From assembly GCA_024692185.1 (NCBI GenBank), contig JAILMV010000197.1, forward strand, positions 1-43,497: a stretch of DNA of 43,497 nucleotides, given 5' to 3'. Below the pieces are notes generated by a model. The model worked only from the letters and a program-made list of their open reading frames with translations. It was not told the origin of the DNA and searched no databases. Position 1 is the first letter of the stretch. Each line of letters opens with the position of its first letter. The translations under genes were made by a program, and so were the position numbers. Shown piece after piece: positions 34,780 to 43,497 of the stretch. Origin of the DNA: Bacteroidales bacterium. Lineage in GTDB: Bacteria > Bacteroidota > Bacteroidia > Bacteroidales > UBA932.

Positions 34780-36435
34780 ATGTTGGAAAGATTTCTCCGC
34801 AAGCAAGGGCAGGAACTGGAGTTCATTGTTCCTGACAACTTCAATTTCGCATACGACGTGGTAGATGTCTGGGCCGAGGAGGCTCCGGACAAGACCGCCC
34901 TTATATGGACCAGCGACACGGCGCCGGAAAGGAGGATGAGCTTTGCCGATCTCAAACGCGAGAGCGACAAGGTAGCAGGCTACCTGAGCAGCCTCGGAAT
35001 AGGCCGTGGGGACTTCGTGATGCTTATCCTGAAGCGCCGCCTCCCCTTCTGGACCACCATGCTCGCCCTCGAAAAAATAGGAGCCGTGGCCATTCCAGCC
35101 ACCTTCCTCCTCACCTCCCACGATATTATCTACCGTTGCAAATCTGCCGAAATCAAGGCCATAATCTGCTGCGGCGACGAAGACATTCTGGACAAAGTGG
35201 CCGAAGCGGAGCCTAAATGCCCCTATCTCGAAAAGCTGATAAGCATTGGGCCCGAGGTTCCGGAAGGTTTCGAGGACTTCGAGGCCGGAGTAGCAGCCGC
35301 TACGCCCTGGGTGCGCGGGGACTGGAAGAACGAAAGCGAGGATCCGATGCTGATGTATTTCACCTCGGGTACCTCCGACGAGCCGAAAATGGTGATGCAC
35401 AGCCATACCTATGCGCTCAGCCATCTGGTGACCGCGGCATACTGGCACCAGCTCACCCCCGACAGCATACATTTCACCTATTCCGATACGGGCTGGGGAA
35501 AGGCCGTCTGGGGCAAGCTTTACGGGCAGTGGATAGTAGGCGCGACCGTTTTCGTGTATGACCACGAAAAGTTCGTCCCTGCGGAGCTGCTGGCGCTTAT
35601 CGGAAAATACCACATCACCTCCTTCTGCGCCCCTCCCACCATCTACCGCTTCCTTATTAAAGAGCATTTCAACTGCTTCGACCTGAGTTCCCTGCAGCAC
35701 TGCACCACCGCCGGAGAGGCCCTCAACCCTTCGGTGTTCGAGGAGTTCCACCGCCGCACGGGCCTCTGGATCCACGAAGCATTCGGGCAGACGGAAACCA
35801 CCCTTACCCTGGGCACTTTCCCTTGGGTGGAGCCCCGTCCGGGTTCCATGGGCAAGCCATCCCCCGCCTACGATATAGATATCCTTACCCCTGACGGAAG
35901 GTCGGCCGAGCCCGGAGAACGCGGCGTCATCGTCATCCGTACCGACAAGAAACGCCCCATAGGACTCTTCCTCGGCTATTACAGGAACCCCAAGCTCACC
36001 CGCAAAGCCTGGCACGACGGCGTTTACTACACCGGCGACGTGGCCTACCGCGACGAGGACGGCTACTTCTGGTTCGAAGGCCGCAACGACGACCTAATAA
36101 AGACCTCCGGCTACCGTGTGAGTCCCTTCGAGGTGGAGAGCGCCGTAATGGGACACCCTGCCGTGGTGGAATGTGCCGTGACCGGCATTCCGGACCCGGA
36201 AGAAGTCCGCGGTACAGTTGTGAAAGCCACTATAGTTGTTGCATCCGAGTACAAGAAGCAAGTGGCCGACGAACTCAGCCGCAAGGCCCTGATAAAGGAC
36301 ATCCAAGGCTTCGTGAAACGCATCACCGCTCCTTACAAGTATCCGCGCGTGATAGAATTCGCCGATGCCTTGCCCAAGACCATCAGCGGCAAGATCCGCC
36401 ACGTGGAAATCAGGGAAAAAGATTCGAAGAAATAG
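34780..36435 (+). CDS. AMP-forming acyl-CoA synthetase (acetate/medium-chain type)
   Basis: NFNFAYDVVD, YFTSGTSDEPKMVMH, FGQTE, YYTGD, GRNDDLIKTSGYRVSPFEVES, LPKTISGKI. Confidence 0.93.
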   Translation: MLERFLRKQGQELEFIVPDNFNFAYDVVDVWAEEAPDKTALIWTSDTAPERRMSFADLKRESDKVAGYLSSLGIGRGDFVMLILKRRLPFWTTMLALEKIGAVAIPATFLLTSHDIIYRCKSAEIKAIICCGDEDILDKVAEAEPKCPYLEKLISIGPEVPEGFEDFEAGVAAATPWVRGDWKNESEDPMLMYFTSGTSDEPKMVMHSHTYALSHLVTAAYWHQLTPDSIHFTYSDTGWGKAVWGKLYGQWIVGATVFVYDHEKFVPAELLALIGKYHITSFCAPPTIYRFLIKEHFNCFDLSSLQHCTTAGEALNPSVFEEFHRRTGLWIHEAFGQTETTLTLGTFPWVEPRPGSMGKPSPAYDIDILTPDGRSAEPGERGVIVIRTDKKRPIGLFLGYYRNPKLTRKAWHDGVYYTGDVAYRDEDGYFWFEGRNDDLIKTSGYRVSPFEVESAVMGHPAVVECAVTGIPDPEEVRGTVVKATIVVASEYKKQVADELSRKALIKDIQGFVKRITAPYKYPRVIEFADALPKTISGKIRHVEIREKDSKK

Positions 36436-36437
36436 CT

Positions 36438-37118
36438 CTAGCCGAGCATTTTTGCAATTTGCGCATCCGAAGCATCGGGTGCGTTTTTGCGTATTATGTC
36501 GGACAGATAGCGGTAGGATTCCGCAGGGCTGAGGGACGAGCGTAGGCTGCGGGCCTCCATGAAGGCGGCGAAGGGGAAAGACTTGTCCGGAGTATCTTCG
36601 AACAAGGATTCGGGAGAGCAGAAGGTGCTGACTTGCCAGCCCACATAGTGCAGGTCCTGGCCGCGATAGACTCTTGTGATATCGCCGGTAAGTGCGAGGG
36701 TTTTCATCTGCAGACGGGCCATCAGCGCATCTGCAGCGCTCTTTTTGACCCCGAGCAGACGTCGGATTTCCCGCATCTCCACCGAACCTTGGGAGGCCAT
36801 CAAATCCAAGACTTTCTTTTCATCTTCATTCGGGAGATAAGCGGACTTGCTGCGTCTCCAGTTCAACAGTTCGCGATAGACCTCGAAGGTCGCGAACGCG
36901 GCCTTTCCTCCAAGGACGAACTTGCCATAGGCGATGTCCCCGCTCTGCACGCAGTCTATCTTCCAGTCCCAGGGGCCCAGGGTGTCTCCCCCGTCGAACC
37001 AGAATTCGCGAGGGGTGCGCTCCTCGATGGAGTACCCAGGGATGAGATTTGAAAAGAAGGGAATGAGTCCGGCCTCGTGGATGACGGCAAGCATGGACTC
37101 CGCGTTTATGACATCCAT
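36438..37118 (-). CDS. Conserved hypothetical protein, AlkZ-related winged-helix-like
   Basis: GLIPFF...GYSIEE, PWDWK, IAYGKFVLGGKAAF, LQM, GWQVSTF..PE motifs. Start MDVINAESM; the upstream ORF extension runs through the tRNA. Confidence 0.6.
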   Translation of the reverse strand: MDVINAESMLAVIHEAGLIPFFSNLIPGYSIEERTPREFWFDGGDTLGPWDWKIDCVQSGDIAYGKFVLGGKAAFATFEVYRELLNWRRSKSAYLPNEDEKKVLDLMASQGSVEMREIRRLLGVKKSAADALMARLQMKTLALTGDITRVYRGQDLHYVGWQVSTFCSPESLFEDTPDKSFPFAAFMEARSLRSSLSPAESYRYLSDIIRKNAPDASDAQIAKMLG

Positions 37119-37135
37119 GGCTGTTAAAATTTTCG

Positions 37136-37207
37136 TACCCCCGAGGCGAATCGAACGCCTATCGTCGGAACCGGAATCCGAAATTCTATCCATTAAACTA
37201 CAGGGGC
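37136..37207 (-). tRNA. tRNA-Arg (anticodon CCG)
   Basis: Minus strand GCCCCTGTAGTTTAATGGATAGAATTTCGGATTCCGGTTCCGACGATAGGCGTTCGATTCGCCTCGGGGGTA; anticodon arm TCGGA-TTCCGGT-TCCGA. Confidence 0.95.
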
Positions 37208-37219
37208 AGAAATGGACAG

Positions 37220-37249
37220 CAAATATACCAATTTTATTTTGTATATTTG
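37220..37249. promoter_or_regulatory. Back-to-back promoters for tRNA-Arg and fabD
   Basis: TATATTTG on both strands (37220-37227 minus, 37242-37249 plus). Confidence 0.65.
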
Positions 37250-37270
37250 TGAACTAAAACCCAAATCACT

Positions 37271-38161
37271 ATGAAAGCATACGTCTTCCCCGGACAGGGG
37301 GCCCAGTTCCCCGGAATGGGCAAAGATCTTTACGAAAACAGTCCCAAGGCAAAGGCCTTGATGGACAAGGCAAATGACATCCTGGGCTTCAGGATTACAG
37401 ATATAATGTTCAACGGTACTCCCGACGAGCTGAAGGCCACCAAGGTCACTCAGCCCGCAATTTTCATACACTCCGTAGCGCTGGCGCTCTGTTCCGAAGG
37501 GCTGCCCGCCCCCGATATGACCGGAGGTCACTCCCTTGGAGAGTTTTCCGCCCTGGTAGCAGCCGGTGCAGTCAGCTTCGAGGATGGCCTGCGTCTCGTG
37601 GCCGTGCGTGCCAATGAGATGCAGAAGTGCTGCGAAAAAGTGCCCGGGACCATGGCCGCCATCATAGGCCTCCCTACCGAAACCGTCGAGCAGATCTGCG
37701 AGAGCACGGAGGGAATAGTGATCGCCGCCAACTACAACTGCGACGGTCAGATAGTCATCTCCGGCGAAAACGAAGCCGTGCTTGCCGCCTGCGAGGCCTG
37801 CAAGGCAGCCGGAGCAAAGCGCGCTCTTCCCCTCGCCGTGAGCGGAGCCTTCCACTCCCCTCTAATGGAGCCCGCCCGCGCCGAACTTGCCAAGGCAATC
37901 GAGGCCACCGAGGTCAAGGCTCCCCGCTGCCCCATCTACCAGAACGTGACGGCGCAGCCCGAGACCGATCCTGTCCGCATAAAAGATAACCTCCTGAAAC
38001 AACTGACCAGCCCCGTGCGTTGGACCCAGAGCGTAAAGAACATGCTCGCCGATGGTGCCGACGACTTCCTGGAGCTGGGCCCCGGAACGGTACTCCAGGG
38101 GCTCGTGAAACGCATCAGCGGTGCAGAAGGCAAGGAAGTCGCAATTAACGGCATCAGCTAG
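37271..38161 (+). CDS. fabD: Malonyl-CoA:ACP transacylase
   Basis: FPGQGAQ, TQPAIF, GHSLGEFSAL, VSGAFHSPLM, SPVRW, ELGPG. Confidence 0.97.
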   Translation: MKAYVFPGQGAQFPGMGKDLYENSPKAKALMDKANDILGFRITDIMFNGTPDELKATKVTQPAIFIHSVALALCSEGLPAPDMTGGHSLGEFSALVAAGAVSFEDGLRLVAVRANEMQKCCEKVPGTMAAIIGLPTETVEQICESTEGIVIAANYNCDGQIVISGENEAVLAACEACKAAGAKRALPLAVSGAFHSPLMEPARAELAKAIEATEVKAPRCPIYQNVTAQPETDPVRIKDNLLKQLTSPVRWTQSVKNMLADGADDFLELGPGTVLQGLVKRISGAEGKEVAINGIS

Positions 38162-38190
38162 AGTCTACATATAAATTTATCGATAAAAAT

Positions 38191-41100
38191 ATGGCTAAAG
38201 AAAAAAAATTCATTACTTGTGACGGTAATACCGCCGTGGCCGGAATCGCATATCTTTTCAGCGAGCACGCGGCGATCTATCCCATCACACCTTCATCTCC
38301 GATGGCAGAGAACATCGACGAATGGGCTGCCCACGGAAAGAAGAACCTTTGGGGCGAGACCGTAAAGGTCACCGAACTTCAGAGTGAGGGCGGTGCCTCG
38401 GGAACAGTGCACGGTTCCCTCCAGGCAGGTGCTCTTACCACTACCTACACCGCCTCCCAGGGTCTTCTGTTGATGATTCCGAACATGTACAAGATTGCCG
38501 GCGAAATGCTCCCGACGGTTTTCCATGTTTCGGCCCGCGCGCTCGCTTCGCACGCACTTTCAATTTTCGGTGACCACCAGGATGTGATGGCCTGCCGCCA
38601 GACCGGCTTCGCTATGCTGGCATCCGGCTCCGTTCAGGAAGCCCAGGACCTCGCAGCAGTCGCACATCTCTCCACCATCAAGAGCAGCATCCCCTTCCTG
38701 CACTTCTTCGACGGATTCCGTACATCCCACGAAATCCAGAAGATCGAGGCTATCGACGAGGATGACCTCCGCAAGATGGTGAGCACCAAGGCTCTCCAGC
38801 AGTTCCGCGAGAGGGCCCTCAATCCGGAAGCTCCCGTTACCCGCGGTACCGCGCAGAATGGTGACGTTTACTTCCAGGCCGTCGAGTCCCGCAACAAGGT
38901 ATATGACGAGGTTCCCGATGTGGTAGCACGTTATATGGGCGAGATCGGCGAAGCCACCGGACGCATCTACCGTCCCTTCGACTATTACGGAAATCCCAAG
39001 GCCGAGAACATCATCATCGCCATGGGTTCCGTTACCGAAACCATACGCGAGACCATCGACTACCTCAACGCACAGGGTCGCAAATACGGTCTCGTATCCG
39101 TACACCTCTACCGTCCTTTCAGCACCAAGTATCTGATGAAGGCCATCCCGGCCAGCACCAAGAAGATCGCCGTGCTCGACCGTACCAAGGAACCCGGCTC
39201 CCTCGGAGAGCCTCTCTACCTGGACATCAAGGCCGCCTACCAGGGCGTTGCAGATGCCCCCATCATCGTCGGCGGCCGCTATGGTCTCTCCAGCAAGGAC
39301 ACCACTCCTGCACAGATCATCGCAGTTTACGACAATCTTGAGCTGAAGAGCCCCAAGAACGACTTCACCATCGGCATCGTGGACGACGTCACCTTCAAGA
39401 GCCTTCCTACCAAGGGAGAAATCTCCATCGTGAAGCCCGGCACCACCGAGTGCAAGTTCTTCGGTCTCGGTTCCGACGGTACCGTAGGTGCCAACAAGAA
39501 CACCATCAAGATCATCGGTTCCCATACCGACCTCTATTCCCAGGCCTACTTCGACTACGATTCCAAGAAGTCCGGCGGATACACCTGCTCCCACCTCCGT
39601 TTTGGCAAGGAGCCCATCCGCGCACCTTACCTGGTGTCCACTCCCGACTTCGTAGCCTGCCACGTTCCTTCCTATCTTGAGAAGTACGACGTGCTGAAGG
39701 GCATCAAGGAAGGCGGCAGCCTCCTGCTCAACTCCCTCTGGGACGAGAAAGAAACCCTCGAGCGCATCCCCGACAATGTGAAGAGCATCATCGGCAAGAA
39801 GCACATCAAGCTCTATATCATCAACGCCACCAAGATCGCGGCTGAAATCGGCCTCGGCGGCCGCACCAACACCATCCTCCAGAGCGCATTCTTCCGTATC
39901 ACCGGCATCATCCCCGCAGAAGATGCAGTGAAGTACATGAAGGACGCCGCCCTCAAGAGCTATGGCAAGAAAGGCGAGAACGTGGTGAACATGAACTATG
40001 CAGCTATCGACCGCGGTGGCGAGTACGTCGAGGTCAAGGTTCCTGCAGAATGGGCCAACATCAGCGCCAAGTTCGAGAACCCCGGCAAGTCCCGCCTGGC
40101 TCCTTCCTTCGTGAAGGAAATCGCCGACGTGGTTAACGCCCAGGAGGGTGACACCCTTCCCGTCAGCGCCTTCCTTCCTTACCAGGACGGCACCATGCCC
40201 GCAGGCACTTCCGCATACGAGAAGCGAGGCGTGGCAGTTTCCGTACCCGTGTGGAACGGCGAGACCTGTATCCAGTGCAACAACTGTGCATTCGTCTGCC
40301 CTCACGCAGCTATCCGTCCTTTCCTTATCAGCGCAGACGAGGCAGATGCCGCTGCTGCTGCAGGCGTGAAGTTCGTGGATGGCAAGGCCAACCTCAAGGA
40401 ATACAAGTTCGTAATGAGCGTTTCCGTAGCCGACTGTACAGGTTGCGGCAACTGCGTGGACGTCTGCCCTACCAAGCCCGAGAAGAGCCTCAGCATGAAA
40501 CCCTACATCGACCACGAGGCCGATCAGGAAGCTTTCGACTATCTGAACACCAAGGTCGGCTACAAGACCCCGCTCGATCCTAAGAGCAATCTCAAGGCCG
40601 CCCAGTTCAGCCAGCCTTTGTTCGAGTTCTCCGGTGCCTGCGCAGGTTGCGGCGAGACTCCTTACATCAAGAACATCACCCAGCTCTTCGGCGACCATAT
40701 GATGATTGCCAACGCTACCGGTTGCTCTTCGATCTACGGTGCCTCCTTCCCTGCATCTCCTTACTGCACCAACGACAAGGGTCACGGTCCCGCTTGGGCC
40801 AACTCCCTGTTCGAGGACTTCTGCGAGTTCGGTCTCGGTATGCATCTCGGTTCCGACCGTATCCGCGAGACCGTAGCCGACATCATGGAGAAGGCTCAGA
40901 ACTGCGAGAACTGCTCCGACGAGATGAAGGCCCTCATGAAAGAATGGCTCGAGAACCGCAACAGCTACACAGTTACCCGCAAGATCGCCGACGAACTCAT
41001 TCCTATGATGGAGAAGTGCAAGTGCGACTGCTGCAAGAAGCTGCTCGAGCTCAAGAACTTCATACCTTCCCGCAGCCAGTGGATCATCGGCGGTGACGGT

Positions 41101-41721
41101 GCCTCCTACGACATCGGTTACGGCGGACTCGACCACGTGCTTGCCAGCGGCGAGAACGTGAACATCCTGGTGCTCGACACCGAGGTTTACTCCAACACCG
41201 GCGGACAGTCCTCCAAGGCTACCCCTGCAGGTGCAATCGCCAAGTTCGCTGCCAGCGGCAAGAAGATCCGCAAGAAAGATCTCGGTATGATGGCAATGAG
41301 CTACGGCTATGTTTACGTTGCCCAGGTGGCAATGGGAGCAAGCCCCGTCCAGTATATGAATGCCATCAAGGAAGCAGAGGCCTATGACGGACCTTCGCTC
41401 ATCATCGCCTACGCTCCTTGTATCAACCACGGCCTCAAGGCCGGCATGGGTCTCAGCCAGAAGGAGGAGAAGCTTGCCGTCGATTGCGGTTACTGGCATC
41501 TGTACCGTTACAACCCGACCCTCGAAGGAACGGAGAAGAATCCGTTCAGCCTCGACAGCAAGGAACCCGACTGGAGCAAGTTCCAGGACTTCCTCAAGGG
41601 CGAGGTACGTTTCGCATCCCTCTACAAGCTCTTCCCCGAGCGCGCAGAAGAACTTCTGCAGAAGACGGAAGAGTTCGCCAAGGTGCGTCTCGATACTTAC
41701 AAGAGGCTCGCTAACAAGTAA
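38191..41721 (+). CDS. nifJ: Pyruvate:ferredoxin (flavodoxin) oxidoreductase, single-chain
   Basis: AIYPITPSS, QSEGGA, GLGSDGTVGANK, two 4Fe-4S motifs (CIQCNNCAFVCP, CTGCGNCVDVCP), ACAGCGETPY, GGDG TPP motif. Confidence 0.98.
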   Translation: MAKEKKFITCDGNTAVAGIAYLFSEHAAIYPITPSSPMAENIDEWAAHGKKNLWGETVKVTELQSEGGASGTVHGSLQAGALTTTYTASQGLLLMIPNMYKIAGEMLPTVFHVSARALASHALSIFGDHQDVMACRQTGFAMLASGSVQEAQDLAAVAHLSTIKSSIPFLHFFDGFRTSHEIQKIEAIDEDDLRKMVSTKALQQFRERALNPEAPVTRGTAQNGDVYFQAVESRNKVYDEVPDVVARYMGEIGEATGRIYRPFDYYGNPKAENIIIAMGSVTETIRETIDYLNAQGRKYGLVSVHLYRPFSTKYLMKAIPASTKKIAVLDRTKEPGSLGEPLYLDIKAAYQGVADAPIIVGGRYGLSSKDTTPAQIIAVYDNLELKSPKNDFTIGIVDDVTFKSLPTKGEISIVKPGTTECKFFGLGSDGTVGANKNTIKIIGSHTDLYSQAYFDYDSKKSGGYTCSHLRFGKEPIRAPYLVSTPDFVACHVPSYLEKYDVLKGIKEGGSLLLNSLWDEKETLERIPDNVKSIIGKKHIKLYIINATKIAAEIGLGGRTNTILQSAFFRITGIIPAEDAVKYMKDAALKSYGKKGENVVNMNYAAIDRGGEYVEVKVPAEWANISAKFENPGKSRLAPSFVKEIADVVNAQEGDTLPVSAFLPYQDGTMPAGTSAYEKRGVAVSVPVWNGETCIQCNNCAFVCPHAAIRPFLISADEADAAAAAGVKFVDGKANLKEYKFVMSVSVADCTGCGNCVDVCPTKPEKSLSMKPYIDHEADQEAFDYLNTKVGYKTPLDPKSNLKAAQFSQPLFEFSGACAGCGETPYIKNITQLFGDHMMIANATGCSSIYGASFPASPYCTNDKGHGPAWANSLFEDFCEFGLGMHLGSDRIRETVADIMEKAQNCENCSDEMKALMKEWLENRNSYTVTRKIADELIPMMEKCKCDCCKKLLELKNFIPSRSQWIIGGDGASYDIGYGGLDHVLASGENVNILVLDTEVYSNTGGQSSKATPAGAIAKFAASGKKIRKKDLGMMAMSYGYVYVAQVAMGASPVQYMNAIKEAEAYDGPSLIIAYAPCINHGLKAGMGLSQKEEKLAVDCGYWHLYRYNPTLEGTEKNPFSLDSKEPDWSKFQDFLKGEVRFASLYKLFPERAEELLQKTEEFAKVRLDTYKRLANK

Positions 41722-41743
41722 TCTTAGTGTTACCTTTATACCG

Positions 41744-41776
41744 AAAGGGACCGGCCAAATTGGTCGGTCCCTTTTT
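41744..41776. terminator. Rho-independent terminator after nifJ, probably bidirectional
   Basis: AAAGGGACCGGCCA-AAT-TGGTCGGTCCCTTTTT. Confidence 0.85.
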
Positions 41777-41791
41777 CTTATAAGGTAAACA

Positions 41792-42160
41792 CTATTTAAG
41801 TTCGATGTGGATGTCCCGTCCGGAGGCCCAGACCTCGGCTTCGGAACCGTCTTCCAGCTTCAGGCGGACAGGCTCCACGGCCTTGGGATGTATGGCCAGA
41901 GGATCCGGATGGAAGGCCTTGTCGGCCACGGAATACCAGTGGGAAATCTGGCGGGCATAACCCTCGAAAAGGCGGCCGTTTTCGGTAAGGGAGATCTCCC
42001 CGCGGGCTCGTTCCATCAGCTGTACTCCGAGCAGGCGCTCGAGCTCGGCGATGTTCTGGCTGACTGCCGGCTGGGTGATTCCCAGCTTGTTTGCTGCGGC
42101 CGTGAAATTGCCGCATTCTATTACAGTCAGAAATATCTTTATCCTTGTATCTTCAAGCAT
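41792..42160 (-). CDS. LysR-type HTH protein lacking the effector-binding domain
   Basis: FLTVIECGNFTAAANKLGITQPAVSQNIAELERLLGVQLMER...LTENG; only 122 aa. Confidence 0.85.
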   Translation of the reverse strand: MLEDTRIKIFLTVIECGNFTAAANKLGITQPAVSQNIAELERLLGVQLMERARGEISLTENGRLFEGYARQISHWYSVADKAFHPDPLAIHPKAVEPVRLKLEDGSEAEVWASGRDIHIELK

Positions 42161-42164
42161 ATTG

Positions 42165-42185
42165 CAAATATAATTATTATATTTG
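42165..42185. promoter_or_regulatory. Perfect palindrome holding two divergent -7 boxes
   Basis: CAAATATAAT-T-ATTATATTTG; TATATTTG on each strand. Confidence 0.7.
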
Positions 42186-42192
42186 TATTACT

Positions 42193-42840
42193 ATGAAAGT
42201 AGGTATTATGACAGCTATGGACAAGGAGTTCGAGATGGCCTCCAAGGTCCTAAAGAATCACGGCAAACACCAGATAATCCCCGTCCATTGCGGCTGGGGC
42301 AAAGTCAACTCGGCCGTCAATGCCTACAAGCTCATCTCGGAGCATCATCCCGACTGTATAATCTCCACAGGATGCGCCGGCGGAGTAGCCAAGGACATAC
42401 ATCTGCTGGACGTGGTAGTGGCCGCCCAGGTCGCCTATCACGACTGCTGGTACGGAGAGCCCAACGAGTACGGGCAGGTGCAGGGCTTCCCGGCCCGTTT
42501 CGACGCCCATCCCGTGCTTCTGGAAGCAGCCCGCAGCCTCAATGACCCCAAGCTGCGCTTCGGCCTGATGGCCAGCGGGGACCGTTTCTGTTCCGGCCCG
42601 GCAGATAATGCCGTAATCACCGGACACTTCCCCGACGCCCTCGCTTGCGACATGGAGTCCGGCTCCATCTCCCAGGTCTGCAATATGTACGGAGTTCCCT
42701 TCCTCAGCATGCGCGTGATCAGCGACACGGCCGAAGAAGAGGACCGCCTCGGGCAGTTCGAGAACTTCTGGGATACCGTCGGCAGTGAATCCTTCGGCAT
42801 CCTTCGGGCATTCATAGATGCACTACCGGAAACTATATAA
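42193..42840 (+). CDS. mtnN: 5'-methylthioadenosine/S-adenosylhomocysteine nucleosidase
   Basis: MKVGIMTAMDKE, CGWGKVNSA, IISTGCAGG, ASGDRF, DMESGSISQVC, RVISD. Confidence 0.93.
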   Translation: MKVGIMTAMDKEFEMASKVLKNHGKHQIIPVHCGWGKVNSAVNAYKLISEHHPDCIISTGCAGGVAKDIHLLDVVVAAQVAYHDCWYGEPNEYGQVQGFPARFDAHPVLLEAARSLNDPKLRFGLMASGDRFCSGPADNAVITGHFPDALACDMESGSISQVCNMYGVPFLSMRVISDTAEEEDRLGQFENFWDTVGSESFGILRAFIDALPETI

Positions 42841-42853
42841 CCAAAGATACACC

Positions 42854-43497
42854 ATGAAATCACGATTCCTGATCCTTTGCGCAGCCGTAATTGCCTGCGT
42901 TTCTTGTACGTCCCGTAAAGCGGAGTATCCCATGTTCTGGACCTGGCTGGAAGACATCCCCAGCATAGACATGGAATCTGCCTTCAGCCATATGGAAGAA
43001 GCCGGTCTGGATGCAGTTATGCTGCACGCGGCCTCGGTGGAAGATTATAAGAAGGACGTGGAGATAGCTCACAGGCACGGAATCAAGGTCTATGCCTGGG
43101 TGTGGACAATGAACGTGCCCCGTCAGGAAAGGGCGCAGATGCTTGCAGAGCATCCGGACTGGTTCAGCGTGAACCGAAATGGAGAGAGCGTCTCCGAATA
43201 CAAGGCCTACGTAAACTCCTACAAGTTTCTCTGCCCAGCCCTCCCCGAAGTCCGCGAGTATCTTAAGAATAAAGTTGCCGAAATCTGCGCGGTGGACGGA
43301 GTCGAGGGCATCTGCCTGGATTATTGCCGCCTCATCGACGTCGTGCTGCCGGTTTCCCTGGCCTACAACTATAATCTCCGCCAGGACACCGAGGTCTTCC
43401 CCGAATACGACTTCGGCTACCATCCTGCAATGCTGGAGAAGTTCAAGGAGCAATATGGCTATGACCCGCGCGAGCAGGAAGATCCTTCCCGCGACGA
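42854..43497 (+). CDS. GHL10/DUF187-like glycoside hydrolase lipoprotein (partial, runs off the window)
   Basis: MKSRFLILCAAVIACVSC lipobox; AHRHGIKVYAWVWTMN, HPDWFSVNRNG, FLCPALPEVREYL, GICLDYCR. Confidence 0.8.
   Translation, partial: MKSRFLILCAAVIACVSCTSRKAEYPMFWTWLEDIPSIDMESAFSHMEEAGLDAVMLHAASVEDYKKDVEIAHRHGIKVYAWVWTMNVPRQERAQMLAEHPDWFSVNRNGESVSEYKAYVNSYKFLCPALPEVREYLKNKVAEICAVDGVEGICLDYCRLIDVVLPVSLAYNYNLRQDTEVFPEYDFGYHPAMLEKFKEQYGYDPREQEDPSRD

Noticed and set aside
37119-37193. N-terminal extension of the 251-aa ORF
   Set aside because: It runs through tRNA-Arg; the plausible start is 37118.
38560-41499. 979-aa ORF antisense to nifJ
   Set aside because: Shadow ORF caused by strong codon bias in a highly expressed gene; no recognisable motifs. 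The same applies to 28188-30011, 34699-36015, 3337-4410 and the ORFs antisense to secA.
1-43497. CRISPR array, rRNA, transposase, or defence/toxin systems
   Set aside because: No regularly spaced repeats, rRNA-like sequence or recognisable motifs for these were seen by eye.

Overview
Chromosomal window from a Bacteroidota organism, probably a gut or rumen Bacteroidales. This is inferred from TAnnTTTG -7 promoter boxes, AT-rich leaders, many lipoproteins and type V pilin-like genes. Housekeeping content: adk, hpt, murF, dut, lptF/G, tgt, a nucleoside permease, secA, bactofilin, an M16 peptidase, an acyl-CoA synthetase, fabD, PFOR (nifJ), mtnN, tRNA-Gly(CCC) and tRNA-Arg(CCG). There is also a putative iron-uptake operon (porin, imelysin, di-heme protein, fused CcsBA). 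The most notable signal is a shared intergenic motif, TGTTTC[ACT]GA[CT] plus weaker copies, at similar spacing upstream of four transcription units. These are a helix-hairpin-helix outer-membrane protein, a tail-less ssb heading a five-gene type V pilus-like lipoprotein operon, a divergent Zn-ribbon protein, and a pilin-like lipoprotein with a DUF6359/OB-like C-terminus. Together they suggest a candidate DNA-uptake (competence) regulon built on a type V pilus; this is inference and untested. Other unannotated items: a ~75-nt sRNA antisense to translation-start regions with a candidate target in this window, a 130-bp palindromic element read in frame inside ccsBA, a tRNA-Gly trailer complementary to the tRNA's own 3' half, and a 51-aa peptide upstream of a pilin-GLUG-GDPD fusion. 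All family assignments come from motif recognition, not database searches.
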